Part shown: piece by piece, positions 41,816 to 54,567 of the stretch
Layout: the number at the start of each line of letters is the position of its first letter
Position numbering within the stretch: position 1 is the first letter of the stretch
Assembly (NCBI RefSeq): GCF_006345805.1
Contig: NC_043006.1
Location: forward strand, 93,992,001-94,056,000
DNA from: Octopus sinensis
Taxonomy: Eukaryota
DNA: 64,000 bases
Reading direction: 5' to 3'
Notes under the pieces: model-generated
Told to the model about the DNA's origin: nothing
What the model saw: only the letters and a program-made list of their open reading frames with translations
Database searches by the model: none
Translations under genes and position numbers: made by a program

Positions 41816-42360
41816 AAACAGTTTTATATTTAAGAGATGAGGAATTATGTACATTATTTACATTTGATGGATATTTGTCCTCATCTTGGTCATGTATGGA
41901 AAAATGGAGACCACCTCCCACTGTAGGATGAAGTTAAAATAATAGACAGAGAACACCACTGGAAAATACGAAAACTAAAAGAAGCAGCACATATGCTAGG
42001 ACACAACAACCTCCTAAGCAGACTGAGTGCAGATATGAGTAGCATATAGGAACTGGTATTAAGGAAGGATAGGAAAATATTAGAATTATAAGCCCTAAAA
42101 TTCACTCCATAATTGTCCATGGGCAAATGGCGTAGGGGTTAATAGCGCAGTCTACTAACCCTCAGATTCAAAATTCGATTCCAGGCAGTGACCTGAATAA
42201 TATTGATAACATCGAAAAATACTTCAGGAATGAGAATCCAGGTTCGAAATTTCCCCAAGACACCCGATGAAGGCTGGAAGGTATATCAGCTGAAACGTTG
42301 TGTTAACAACAAACAAGATGAGGACAAATATCCGTCAAATGTAAATAATGTAAATAGTGT
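41816..42360 (+). mobile_element. 5'-truncated Penelope/Poseidon-type insertion with inverted partial pLTR
   Basis: Endonuclease C-terminus DEVKIIDREHHWKIRKLKEAAHM; 41845-41888 is the reverse complement of 42314-42352; ATAAATTAAT direct repeat at 41806-41815 and 42361-42370. Confidence 0.8.
42259..42304 (+). ncRNA. Minimal type I hammerhead motif in the pLTR (core CCGAUGA)
   Basis: GACAC-CCGAUGA-A-GGCUG-(10 nt)-CAGCU-GAAA-CG-UU-GUGUU. Confidence 0.7.
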
Positions 42361-43621
42361 ATAAATTAATGTAAAGATTAGTTTTAATTTAGTCCATTTT
42401 CAAACAGAAAGTTTGTATCAAAGAAGCAGAGGTGGCCTCAGTAACCATCATCATTATCATCATCATCATCAATATTATCATCATTTGGACAGTTTGACAG
42501 GATCTGATGTGCCCTAGGACTGCATTGAGCTTGAATATCTTCTTTGGAATGGTGTTTATAGCTGGACACCCTTCTTTTCAAGACAAGGCCAGCAATTTTG
42601 AGGAAAGAGGGCAAGTTAATTACAATGACTCCAGTATTTGACTGGTACTTGATTTTATCCACTTTGAATGAATGAAAGGCAAAGCTAAGAATCGAGCTCT
42701 GAATGTTAAGACTCAGAAGAAATATTGTTGAGCATCAGCATCATTTAACATCCATCTCCCATGTTGGCATAGGTTGGGTGAGAAGATTGTGTTGCATGAC
42801 AATGTCTGCTGTGGCAGTGTTTCTGCAGCTGGGTACCCTTCTTGACACCAACCACTTCACAGAGGATTGAATGGGTGATCTTTTGCCATTGCACCCGCAC
42901 CAGTGAGGTTGCCATGTAACTTGCAAAACCAACCAAGATCTCTCTTTGATTGAGCAAAAGTGGAGAAGAGAGGAAAACAATTTTATGCTTGGTATTAAAA
43001 GGTTTAAGTGTGAAAGAAAAGGCAGAAACGGTTGTTTGCTGAAGGGGTGATACATGGCTGTCATTATAGAGGAGTCGGTGGGAGTAATTGAGATGGAGCT
43101 GGTAAAAGAGATAATGATGGTGGTGATAAGGGGTCAAAGTGAGCCCTTAAGGTACAAGGAGGGACAAGGAAAGAGTACAGGGAATTCCTGGCAGCTCCTT
43201 GATAAGTGAATTGTAAAAGATCATTCATATGATTATGCCTTCTTTTCTCTTGCAAAACAACAAAATAAATAGATAGGTGCAGGTATGGCTGTGTGGTAAG
43301 AAGCTTGCTTACCAACCATATGGTTCCAGGTTCAGTCCCACTGCATGGAACCTTGGGCAAGTGTCTTCTACTATAGCCTCGGGCTGACCAAAGCCTTGTG
43401 AGTGGATTTGGGAGACGGAATCTGAAAGAAGCTTGTCGTATGTATATATATATATATATATATCATCATCATCATCGTTTAACGTCCACTTTCCATGTTA
43501 GCATGGGTTGGACGACTTGACTGAGGTCTGGCGAACCAGATGGCTGCACCAGGCTCCAATCTGATCTGGCAGAGTTTCTACAGCTGGATGCTCTTCCTAA
43601 CGCCATGCCCTTCCTAACACC

Positions 43622-43657
<36 letters not shown>

Positions 43658-43698
43658 ATATATATATAAATACATATATATATATATATATATATATA

Positions 43699-43900
43699 GG
43701 GAGAGTTTACAAAAAAAACAAAAGACGAAGACAGGTGGTGTACAAAACAAACAGATGTATTAGTATAACAATCAGGAATAGAAAAAGTCTTTTACGTTTC
43801 GAGCCTACGCTCTTCTACAGAAAGGGACACAGTAAAAACAAGGAGAGAAACAAGGAAAGAAAAAAAATGTCTGTAGTGGCTAACGATCTATCATGGCGTC
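43699..43900 (-). mobile_element. Hammerhead-bearing mini-element, copy 3
   Basis: Same family as 12768 and 32974; starts at a (TA)n tract. Confidence 0.75.
43789..43824 (-). ncRNA. Minimal type I hammerhead-like motif, A6U core
   Basis: CUUU-CUGUAGA-A-GAGC-GUAG-GCUC-GAAA-CG-UA-AAAG; perfect stems I and II. Confidence 0.6.
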
Positions 43901-44747
43901 TGTAGATATATATATATATACATATACATGTGTATGTATGTATGTATTTGTGTGTCTGTGTTTGTAACCACAACATCGCTTGACAACCGATGTTGGTGTG
44001 TTAATGTCCCCGTAACTTAGCAGCACAGTAAAGGAGACCGATAGAATAAGTACTAGGCTTACAAAGAATAAGTCCTGGGGTCAATTTGTTTAACTAAAGA
44101 TGGTGCTCCAACATGGCCCCAGTCAAATGATTGAAACGAGCAAAAGAATAAATAAATAACTAAATAAATAAATAAAAGTGAAGTTGACCCCATCATCCCC
44201 GTTAAGTTCATTTTAAATTAAAATAGTAAAAACCAAATGAAAAACTAGGAAACAATAATTTTTTTTTCAGAATTTTTGCTACTTGACTTTGAACCCTTCT
44301 GAAGAATCTTGTGTTCTTGTGTTGTAAATTATTTTAATCTGTTTATATTCCAGTTAGCTGTGCATATATATTTTTTTTTAAGGAGAAAGGTTAAGAATTT
44401 GTAGTATTTTGGTTTATAATGACCAAAACACAAACAAACTCTCATAAATAAAGACCATTAATTTCATCATCATCATCATCAGCTGCAGCACCAGCACCAA
44501 CACTTACCATAATCACGACCACTGCTCCACCACTTTTACCACCACCACTACCACCACCGTCACCATCAGCAGCATTACTACCACTACCACCACCACCACC
44601 ACCACCACCAACACCACCAGCATTATTACTACTACAACCACCACCACCACCACCACCACCATCATCATCACCATCAGCAGTATTACTACCACTACAACCA
44701 CCATCACCACCACCACCACCATCATTACCACCACCACCACCACCACC

Positions 44748-44778
<31 letters not shown>

Positions 44779-45103
44779 CCATCAGCAGCATTACTACCAC
44801 TACAACCACCACCACCACCACTGCTGCTGCCATCACCACAAACCTGCAGCTGTTTTTAGCTGGCAGATATTGGAAAGAATTTGCTGGGTTCTCTCTTTGG
44901 GTTGTTAAGGTAAGAATTCTTCAGCTTTCCACTCTGTGTATGTTATAAACATATGTTGGGGCAGGGGGCGGGGTGATGGCAGGGTTACTGGTGGGGTGGG
45001 TGGAGGGCAGAAGAGGCTGATAATTAGAGGAGAAGGGGGAGTGTTCTGAGGGGAACAATATGGGTAAAGGTAGGAAAAGATATTGTGATAGGAGACAGAA
45101 TGA

Positions 45104-45134
<31 letters not shown>

Positions 45135-45298
45135 TAGAGAAAGAGAAAAAAAGAGAGAGAGAGAGAGGCGGGGGGGGGACAAAGAGAAAGATGATGAATG
45201 AGAAAGAGAAATGCTGTGTGTATTTCACAATCACCACTCACAACCATTATTACAACTATCAGCATTGTATCAGAACGCCACACACACACACACACTCA

Positions 45299-45346
<48 letters not shown>

Positions 45347-45794
45347 ACACACACACACACCACACACAGCATAAAAGAATAGGAAGATGAGATGCAGGCA
45401 GGTATTTTATTAGGAACTCTGAGATAATCCAGGTTCTGGCTAACCAGATTAAATGATGGGGAACATGCAGAATTGCTTAAGATTAATATTAAGAAGAGCT
45501 TTCTAACACTGAATTCCTCAATTCGCTTCACCCATCCACATGTATAAAACCTTCATGAAAGCAGCATAGGAATGTCCAACCTGGATGGAACATGGATTGT
45601 AACCGAACCAACAAAATGCATACAAGTGCTACATCAAAGGACAATTATGCAACAGAAACACATATTGGACTGAAATCTGATGGGAATTTAATGAGAATAT
45701 ATATACTGCAATGAACAAGTTTTGAAAATGTATAACGTGATGTGTGTGTGTGTGTGTGTGTATGTGTGTACATGCACACACACACACACATATT

Positions 45795-46195
45795 TACTCT
45801 TTTACTCTTTTTACTTGTTTCAGTCATTTGACTGCGGCCATGCTGGAGCACCGCCTTTAGTTGAGCAAATCGACTCCGGGACTTATTCTTTGTAAGCCCA
45901 GTACTTATTCTATCGGTCTCTTTTGCCGAACCGCTAAGTTACGGGGACGTAAACACACCAGCATCGGTTGTCAAGCAATGCTAGGGGAACAAACACAGAC
46001 ACACAAACATATTCACACACATATATATATACATATATACGACAGGCTTCTTTCAGTTTCCGTCTACCAAATCCACTCACAAGGCATTGGTCGGCCCGGG
46101 GCTATAGCAGAAGACACGTGCCCAAGATGCCATGCAGTGGGACTGAACCCAGAACCATGTGGTTGGTTAGCAAGCTACTTACCAAACAGCCACTC
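45795..46195 (-). mobile_element. Full-length young SINE family A
   Basis: Complete head and tail, CpGs largely retained. Confidence 0.85.
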
Positions 46196-46439
46196 TACTT
46201 CTAATATAATAAATGCAAACACTAATTTCTGTGTGTCAGTGTGTCACACTTTGACCCCCTCTCTCACTATTCAATGACACATCTTTGTGCTGGGTTAAGA
46301 GTAATAGCAGGCATAGAGATTGGTGAGAGTGGTGGCGAAGAGAAAGAGAGAGAAAGAAAAAGAGAGGGAGAGAAAGAGAGAGGGGGAGAAAGAGAGACAA
46401 AGAAATTTAGAGAAAGAGAGAGAGAGAGATGATTTTTTT

Positions 46440-47380
46440 TGTGATGAATAGTAGTTCTCAGGCAGATTCAATGTGACACAGATTGTGACAAGGCTGGCCC
46501 TTTTGAAATACAGGTACAACAGAAACGGAAAGAAAGAGTGAGAGAAAATTATAGTGAGAGAGTACAGCAGGGTTTGCCACCATACCCTGCTGGAGCCTCA
46601 TGATGCTTTAGGTGTTTTCACTCAATAAACATGCACAACACCTGGTCTGGGAATTGAAACTGATCCTACGTCCGCAAGTCTGCTGCCCTAACCACTGGAC
46701 CATTGTGCCTCCATTATGTATAAATTTACAATTACATCGATAGATACACATTTGAAATTGGCTTTGTTTCATTGGTCCTTTCAACTAAGAGTCTCTTCAA
46801 TAAACGGTCATAGGAAATTAAAATTATGATTTAAAATCATATCATTTAAAATCGAAGAAAACCTTAAATCAAAAATTAGCTTCAGTAGGAAAAAAAAAAT
46901 CTACCCTGGGTGTACAGGTTTTTTTCCTTCTACTAAAACTAATTTTTGTTTAATCCTGGATTAGTGAGTCTTATCCTCTCCACTGCACATATTGTGTGGT
47001 GGAAGCACTCCGTCGGTTACGACGACAAGGGTTCTGGTTGATCCGATCAATGGAACAGCCTGCTCGTGAAATTAACGTGCAAGTGGCTGAGCACTCCACA
47101 GACACGTGTACCCTTAACGTAGTTCTCGGGGATATTCAGTGTGACACAGAGAGTGACAAGGCCGGCCCTTTGAAATACAGGTACAACAGAAACAGGAAGT
47201 AAAAGTGAGAGAAAGTTGTGGTGAAAGAGTACAGCAGGGATCACCACCATCCCTGCCGGAGCCTCGTGGGGCTTTAGGTGTTTTCGCTCAATAAACACTC
47301 ACAACGCCCGGTCTGGGAATCGAAACCGCGATCCTATGACCGTGAGTCTGCTGCCCTAACCACTGGGCCATTGCGCCTCC
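46440..47380 (-). mobile_element. Two SINE family C copies (46440-46715 and near-complete 46996-47380)
   Basis: Heads GGAGGC(G/A)CAATGG(C/T)CCAGTGGTTAGGGCAGC; shared body. Confidence 0.8.
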
Positions 47381-48059
47381 TACTGCACATATTATGTAAG
47401 CTCTCACTTTACATTTCGATTTCTGTCTAGCCCAGTCTACTTTATTTAATCTATATTTTCCACCAAAATCCCTGCTAATTCTCCATTTATCTTTTCTTTT
47501 TCCCCCAACATATCTGCAACAACATTAGCGCCACCTACTATTACCATTATCTTAGTATCTGTAAATGTTCTTGCAGAGTATCTCATCAATTGCACAGTTC
47601 ACTTTCAGTTTACGGTGTCTTTTTTTTAACCTTATTTTGACACCCTATTCTCAATTTAACTGACTATAACTGCCTTTGATTCCTTCAGCTTCTGTCTCTG
47701 TTTTATTTCATGGCCCTCTACTCACATCTTTAAGGCTACCAACCCCAAATTCTCTTTTGCTCTGTGTGTTCTTAATTTAGAATGATATGCTTGGGCATGG
47801 CTGTTTGGGTGCTGGAGATTTGGCATGGCTGACTGGAATTTCAGCCTCTTTTGATGACAGTACTTTTTGGCACTGGGGGCAAACGGACACATGCACACAT
47901 GCATACACACACATGCATGCACACACACATACATATGAATGCACACATGCGCACACATACATGTACATGAAAAAATATACAGATACAGGGAGAGGGGGAA
48001 AGAGAGGAAAAGAAGGAGAGAATGAGAAAAACATTAAAATAAAAGAAACACTGAAATGT

Positions 48060-50250
48060 CTGATGTCAAACAGCATCGAATCAATGATCCCAAATTGTCA
48101 GTGTAGGGGTGATTTGAAACGGAATCCCTGGATACACAGTCAGACAACACGAACAAACCACTGTAGTTTCATGTGATTGGTCTATTAACAGACCAGTCAG
48201 GTTTTCTTGAATATTCTAGAATTTGGCTTCCAGTCCTTATAAAAACTGTTTGGCTCACATTTTTAAGAGCCAGATAGCCAGGAAGGTGTCTAAAACAGAC
48301 GGTACAGAGTGATGACAGGACCCTCTGTCACTACGAATATACCACAATTGTCTCCAGTTGTGTTGGGCAAGCCCCATGTTGCCCTCTCAATGGCTTGCCA
48401 TAAACTCCAAGCAGTATCTCTCTCTCTCCCACTGTGTAATTATTGCTGTTGTTATCTGTGTAAAGACCAACACAGTTTGTCTTTAAATGCAATGATGTTT
48501 GTGGGTGTTGTTCAGTTACTTCTAAATGCAGCCCAAGAAACATATTTCCATTCATCAACAAATCACCTCCACAGACCACCAACAACCTTCAGACTGCAAA
48601 AGCAGTACCAAAATGGTTATGATGGAACGTATCTTACCACTCTTACTTGTCCATGCTTCAACTGTGGTAATTACATTTACCTGATTAACGAAGAGTTGCT
48701 GTTTTTGGTTTGTTGGTTCGTCTAATTCTTGGTTAATCTTTCTCTGTATTTCTTCAATTTCTAAGCCATACAGGTATTTCTTATTCCTAACATAAAGTAT
48801 TTGGTTGGCAATTTGTTTTTCATTCATTGAGACGTGAAATATTTGAATCTCTTTTTAAACGTTCAACATTCTTTTCAAGAATCTTTACATTTTTGACTCA
48901 CTTCTGAATATGCCATTCTTATCTTGTTGACTTCTTTTTCCCAGTCTGTTTTATCTACTGCACTAACAGGATGATGACCAGATCTGCACTGCTTGGCTAC
49001 TGGACCCCAACTGGGCAAGAGACCTTCATGTAAAGCTTTCAGTTCATTCACCTAGCTGTTATTAAAATTTAAGTTTGGTTCATCTGTCCTTGTTTATCAC
49101 AGGAGTTTGGTTCCAAAAAGACACCATGATAAATATATCACTGATAAAGGAATAGTGGAACTTATGGTAACAATAGAATTCATTCTGGGACCTCAGATTA
49201 TCCTGAGGATTGTGGATGGTCACTGGGGTGTGCTTTTGCTGTTTATGAAAGATCTTTGGTTAATCTCTGACCTGTATTATCACAGATCAGTTCATGATAA
49301 ATGCAACATGGTTTGCAATTGAGCTTTTTGTGATGAATGACTCAGTGATAAACAAGGACAGACATATAATACGATGTTGTGTCAAAGGATTTGCAATATT
49401 TTGGTAACTTAAGGCAATGAGCTGACAGAATTGTTAGTATTCTGGGTGAAATACTTAGCAGTATTTCGTCTGTCTTTATGTTCTGAGTTCAAATTCCACC
49501 AAGGTTGACTTTGTCTTTCATCCTTTCGGGGTCAATAAATCAAGTACCACTTGCATACTGGAGTCGATCTAATCGACTGGTTCCCCCCCCCAAAATTTCA
49601 GGCCTTGTGCCTAAAGCAGAAAAGAATATTTTGAAAACTTATTTGTTTTATTGGTCAAGTTACAATAAAAACAGCCAAGCATTCAGAGTGGAGGCCAAAC
49701 CTGTTGCCCCATTTGAAACCACATTTCTGGGTAAGAGATTTGTATCAGCTCTAATTTCATATCTCTGCTCAGGTTCATTAGCCATTCTTATGTTGTCTAT
49801 TTCATGGTTGCAAATCCTTGCATCACAAGTATACCTTATCTACATCTCCAGTGATGTCAAAGTTTCCTTTAACACTGAGCAGCTTGTGAGTTCAGACTTC
49901 TATGTCATAGAGTTCTTGTAACAACCAGTTCAGAAGGCTAAACATAGGTGTGAGGACAGGTGCTGTAAAGGTGATGTAGGCAATTTGTTCAGCTGACCAA
50001 ATTTTATTTCATCCTTTTGAGGTTCTCATCCTTCATCCTCACCTTATTGCAGGATTCCTCATAGCTGGTATTCTCATCCTATCCAAGATATTTGTAACTT
50101 TCCTTAGAGAGCAGAAAGTTGTATTTTAGTTTATTTAAGATCAGGGCACAATTGTGCCATATTTTACCACCAAAAATGCACTTTTGTACTCATAAATTTC
50201 AATTCTAATGTCTTAGGAGTGTTGGGTTATAGGACCCAATTGTTTTTTTG
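48060..50250 (-). mobile_element. Heavily decayed R4/Dong-type LINE (RT C-terminus to REL domain), interrupted by a SINE B at ~49415-49625
   Basis: Frameshifted ESYKYLG, TFTAPVLTPMFSLLNW...HKLLSVKGNFDITGDVDKVYL, LHLEVTE...LKTN, ETI, RKPD. Confidence 0.6.
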
Positions 50251-50334
50251 ATGTGGATAATATTTGGCCCACAGAGCTTCGGGTCATCAATAAAGAAAAG
50301 GTGTGAGAGGTTATTGAACCCTTTCCTATGTGTG

Positions 50335-51168
50335 TATGTCATTGTTCAGTTTATTTCCAGATTTCTTGCTAATAGAGGAAGAACTGGTTTCTAACCTAGA
50401 TCCAAGGTTCCTTCATTGAATTTCAACATCAACAACAGGGTATTTTTGTATGTATGTATGTATGTATGTATGTATGTATGTATGTATGTATGTATGTATG
50501 TATGTATGTATGTATGTGTGTTTGTAAGTATGTTTGTATGTATGTATGTATGTTATGTATTTATGTATGTATGTATGTATGTATATATGTATGTGTGTAT
50601 GTGTGTATGTATGTGTGTTTGTAAGTATGTTTGTATGTATGCATGTATGTATGGATGGATGGATGGATGGATGTTATTATTCAGTTTATTTCAAGATTTC
50701 TTGCTAATAGGAAAGAACTGGTTTCTAACCTAGATCCGAGGTTCCTTCATTGGAATTTCAATATCAACAACAGGGTATTTTTGTATGTACGTATGTATGT
50801 ATGTATGTATGTATGTATGTATGTATGTATGTATGTATGTATGTATGTATGTATGTATGTGCAGATTTGTATGTCTTATGTATGTATTCTCATGCATATA
50901 TTTGCTTATCTAGACATGCTCATATATACTTAAATGAAAAACTTCTGGAAAGTTTTACAGATTTTTACAGTTCCATCAATGGCTCTGATCTGTAGTGTTT
51001 GAATCAGCTTTCTCCTTTCTGGTTTTGAGAATCCTAATTTCTTAAGATTGGTATTTAAGCAGTGTGTTACATATCCCAGGGTCCCAATAATTACAGGTAT
51101 AAACCTGAACTTGTAATCTGGTTAGAGTAACTACAGATTTCTCAATAGCTCAGCATAGGTGTTCTTTC
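50335..51168 (-). mobile_element. R4/Dong 3' fragment with a duplicated 3' end, embedded in (TATG)n
   Basis: KNTYAELLRNL...PDYKFRFIPVIIGTLGYVTHCLNTNLKKLGFSKPERRKLIQTLQIRAIDGTVKICKTFQKF; terminal ~110 bp present at 50335-50450 and 50670-50780. Confidence 0.75.
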
Positions 51169-51753
51169 ATGTATGTATGTATGTATGTAAAAACATACAT
51201 ACACACACACGCACGTAAATGTATGTGTATATTGATGTATATTTATGTATGTATGAATGTATACATGTATGTGTGTCTATGTATGCATGTATATGTATGC
51301 TTGTATGTATGCATGTATATGTATGTATGCTTATATATGCATGTATATGTGTGCATATGTGTATGTATGCATGTACGTATGTATGTATGTATGTACGGAT
51401 GGATGGATGAATATGTGTGTCTACATATATGTATGCATGTATATATATGTGTGTGTATGTGTCTGCCTGTCTGTCTGTATGTGTAAAGTGACAAACGGTC
51501 ATCCATACGTTGCAAAAGTCCAATGAAAAGGGAGCCTACTTGACCTGCAATATCAGTAAGTGTCCATCGATGAGTGACAAGTCCTCATAACTTCAGGAGA
51601 ATGGGGGGTATTGGAAGTGGTAACATTCATGCCTTTCCCAAGGACACAGCTTTCCAGAGAAAGTGCAGTAGCAACGACTTGGAAACGAGCCTGAATTGTC
51701 TTCAGCTCACAACATATGCTGAGATTATAAGATATACACACTCTCTCTCTCCC

Positions 51754-51795
<42 letters not shown>

Positions 51796-51919
51796 GATAT
51801 ACACACACACATATATGCATACATGCATATACACACACATACATATATATGTGTGTGTATGTAAGTATATATATATATACACACACACACATATACATAT
51901 ATATATATATATATATATA

Positions 51920-54419
51920 CTTTATTTTAAGCAGCAGAAAATTCAACAAAATCTGTTACTCTGAGTTTCTCGTTGCCGTTCATCAGACAGTTTTTGCTAG
52001 AATGGAACTGATATATCAATTCAATCTATACTCTTACAAACGCTACACCTTTAAAAAGAAATGGACTTGTTTGATTGGCCCTTTAGAAAAAACGGTCAAT
52101 CTTCGAGCGATAAACAAAAAGGTCAAAGATATATGTATATATATATAAAAAACTTATAAAAATTATATATAAAAACTTATAAAAATTATAAAATCCGAGG
52201 AAAAACCATTGACGTTAATGAAGACAGTGCAAATTAATGCATAGAAATTAAACCTGTTATAAATACTGCAATACATATTTATATTAAAATCTACATATAT
52301 ATATCAACATACACAAAAGGATGCACGTAAACGCCATACATACATATACAGACGTATGAATATGAATCTAAATATACACATAAAAGCATGTGTACATATA
52401 TTCACGCAAACCGTCTCGCACGCAAGCTAAAATTCATCTATGTAGCAATTCTCATATACTGGGCAAGGAGGGGGAACGAAAGAAAGGGAGAGAGAGAAAA
52501 AAGAAACGAAGGAGGGGTGGGGAAAAAAACGAAATAAGCAGTGTAACGATGTTATTGGCATCTATAGAGACCAGTATACATACACAAGTTTGAATGGATA
52601 CATATACATACCGTCGTGTATATGTGTGCTTAAGCACAAACATACTTTCACTTACACATACACAGATACGCATGCTTACAAATACATATGCTTTGCTATA
52701 CACATACTTATATAAACATTCTAATTTTGACAACATTGCTTTTTTTAAAAAACATTGCTTTTAAAAATGGGTGCATTAATAAAAATATATACGAAAGACA
52801 TATAAAATAAAATATAACATCCTATTTTGGGTCATTTATAAATAATCAAGGTAATATAAATAATCAAGGTAATCCTATGCAATACAATAACATGAAAACA
52901 AAGTTTGTAGGTTTTTCCTAATATATATGTAGAAACATAAGACTTTGCTATACGGATTAAGATCCGCATAGCATGGAAACACAATCCATCGTAGCGCTCA
53001 AGAGTCAAAATCAAAATCAAAAATCAAAAATACAAAATATATACTCTATCCATATGGTATATTTATATTCGACATTTTAAATTTAGCCGCGTGCCTACAT
53101 AAGTTCATTAACTCACTTCTTTGATTCAAAGAATTATTGTCTTTGAATAAGATATACATTTTCTCTAATAGACAAAGTCTGCACTTGAAATTATTTTTGT
53201 AAGCTCCATGCCTGTATGGTGCCGCCCTGTCCAGAATGCTCCATGTCACGTTGAAAGGTGGGGCTTCCTTTTCTTTTAGTTCCCAGACATATTTTGCTAG
53301 GCTGGTTTTCTTCCTATTCTCTGGGTATTTAAATGATTTTTTATGAGAATAAAATCTTGTTTTAAATGAATTTTCTGAAGCCCCTGTGTATGTCTTGTAT
53401 TCCGATGAGCCTTCCACTTGCACCTTGGCTCTATAAACTACTCCTTTCACTAGACATTTCCCTTCTAACGGACAGGAGCTTTCGTTTTTGAAATTACATT
53501 TCTTAATGGGCTCGGCACCATGTCTAATCTCAATTAGCTTCCTATTATGTTGGCTAATGTAAGAGGCGAAATTTCTGCAACAAGAATAGCTAACCTTCAG
53601 GGTTCTTCTATTAAATATTCTGTAGAATTTATGACCCTGCTTAAAATGCTTAGAGACTAATCTCAAAAATTCCTTACCTATATTAGTCTTTACGGCCAAA
53701 TTGAAAGCCGGGTTGAACCACAAAACTTTCCTGGTCCTAGTTCTTCGTGCAGCATTATTATCAGCATTAAGCTGGTTGAACTGGATCTTCTCCGAGAATC
53801 CACTATTCTTTAATGCGCTATCGTAATAAGGTGCAGCATTATGGAATGCTGCCTCGTCTGAAGAAATTGAAGATATTCTTCTACCTACATTGCTGACTAA
53901 GTTGCTAAGGATAACTGGTGGATGGTTCGAATCTTTGCTAATATACGATAGCTTTTCATTGGGCTTACGGAAAGGTTTAAATCTATCCGATCTTACATTA
54001 AAATTTACGTCTAAAAAATCTACACTATTCAGGTTAGCATCTATCGTAACCCGTAAGCCCATCCTTTGAAAGAAAGCTATAAGGTCCTTCCTAAGTCTAT
54101 CTGATTCATGGCCGTTTAGATTATGCGTGGCTATAAGGCCGTCATCCCTATATAAACCTGCATCTATAAATGGGAATTCTATTTTTAGATTATGGAGAAT
54201 AAAGGCTCCTATGAGCATACATAATTCAGCCCCGTCGTATGCCCCCATCGGTACATCGAAAAGAGAATCCTCAGTCTTCTTAATCCAGGTGGAATCCTCG
54301 AAAAAAAGAAGCGATTTCCTCGCATGCATAATAATTTCAATTTCCGAGCTATCGATGTTGACATACTGCTTGGCGAAGTCCAATGCCCTTAGGAGCAACG
54401 TCCTAGATATTGACGGGTA
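51920..54419 (-). mobile_element. 5'-truncated Penelope-like element in (TA)n; uninterrupted RT(partial)-GIY-YIG frame 54419-53046 (457 aa)
   Basis: YPSI, FDVPMGAYDGAELC, YRDDGL, VDFLDV, SNHPP, WFNP, linker CN(F)...CPLEGKC, GVVY...YTG...KTRF..H, CRLCLLEK, LNQRSE, CRH; (TA)n at both ends. Whether 52150-53045 is all 3' UTR is uncertain. Confidence 0.9.
51953..51990 (-). ncRNA. Minimal type I hammerhead, canonical core
   Basis: CUGU-CUGAUGA-ACG-GCAA-CGA-GAAA-CUCAGAG-UA-ACAG; near-palindromic stem III. Confidence 0.8.
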
Positions 54420-54435
54420 TATATATGTATATATA

Positions 54436-54567
<132 letters not shown>

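Noticed and set aside
46771-46805. TTGAAGA-GACT-CTT-AGTT-GAAA on the minus strand
   Set aside because: U3 without the compensating A8, and no cleavage triplet or stem I.
47310-47380. tRNA gene (also the other SINE heads)
   Set aside because: A/B boxes run into SINE bodies; no complete cloverleaf.
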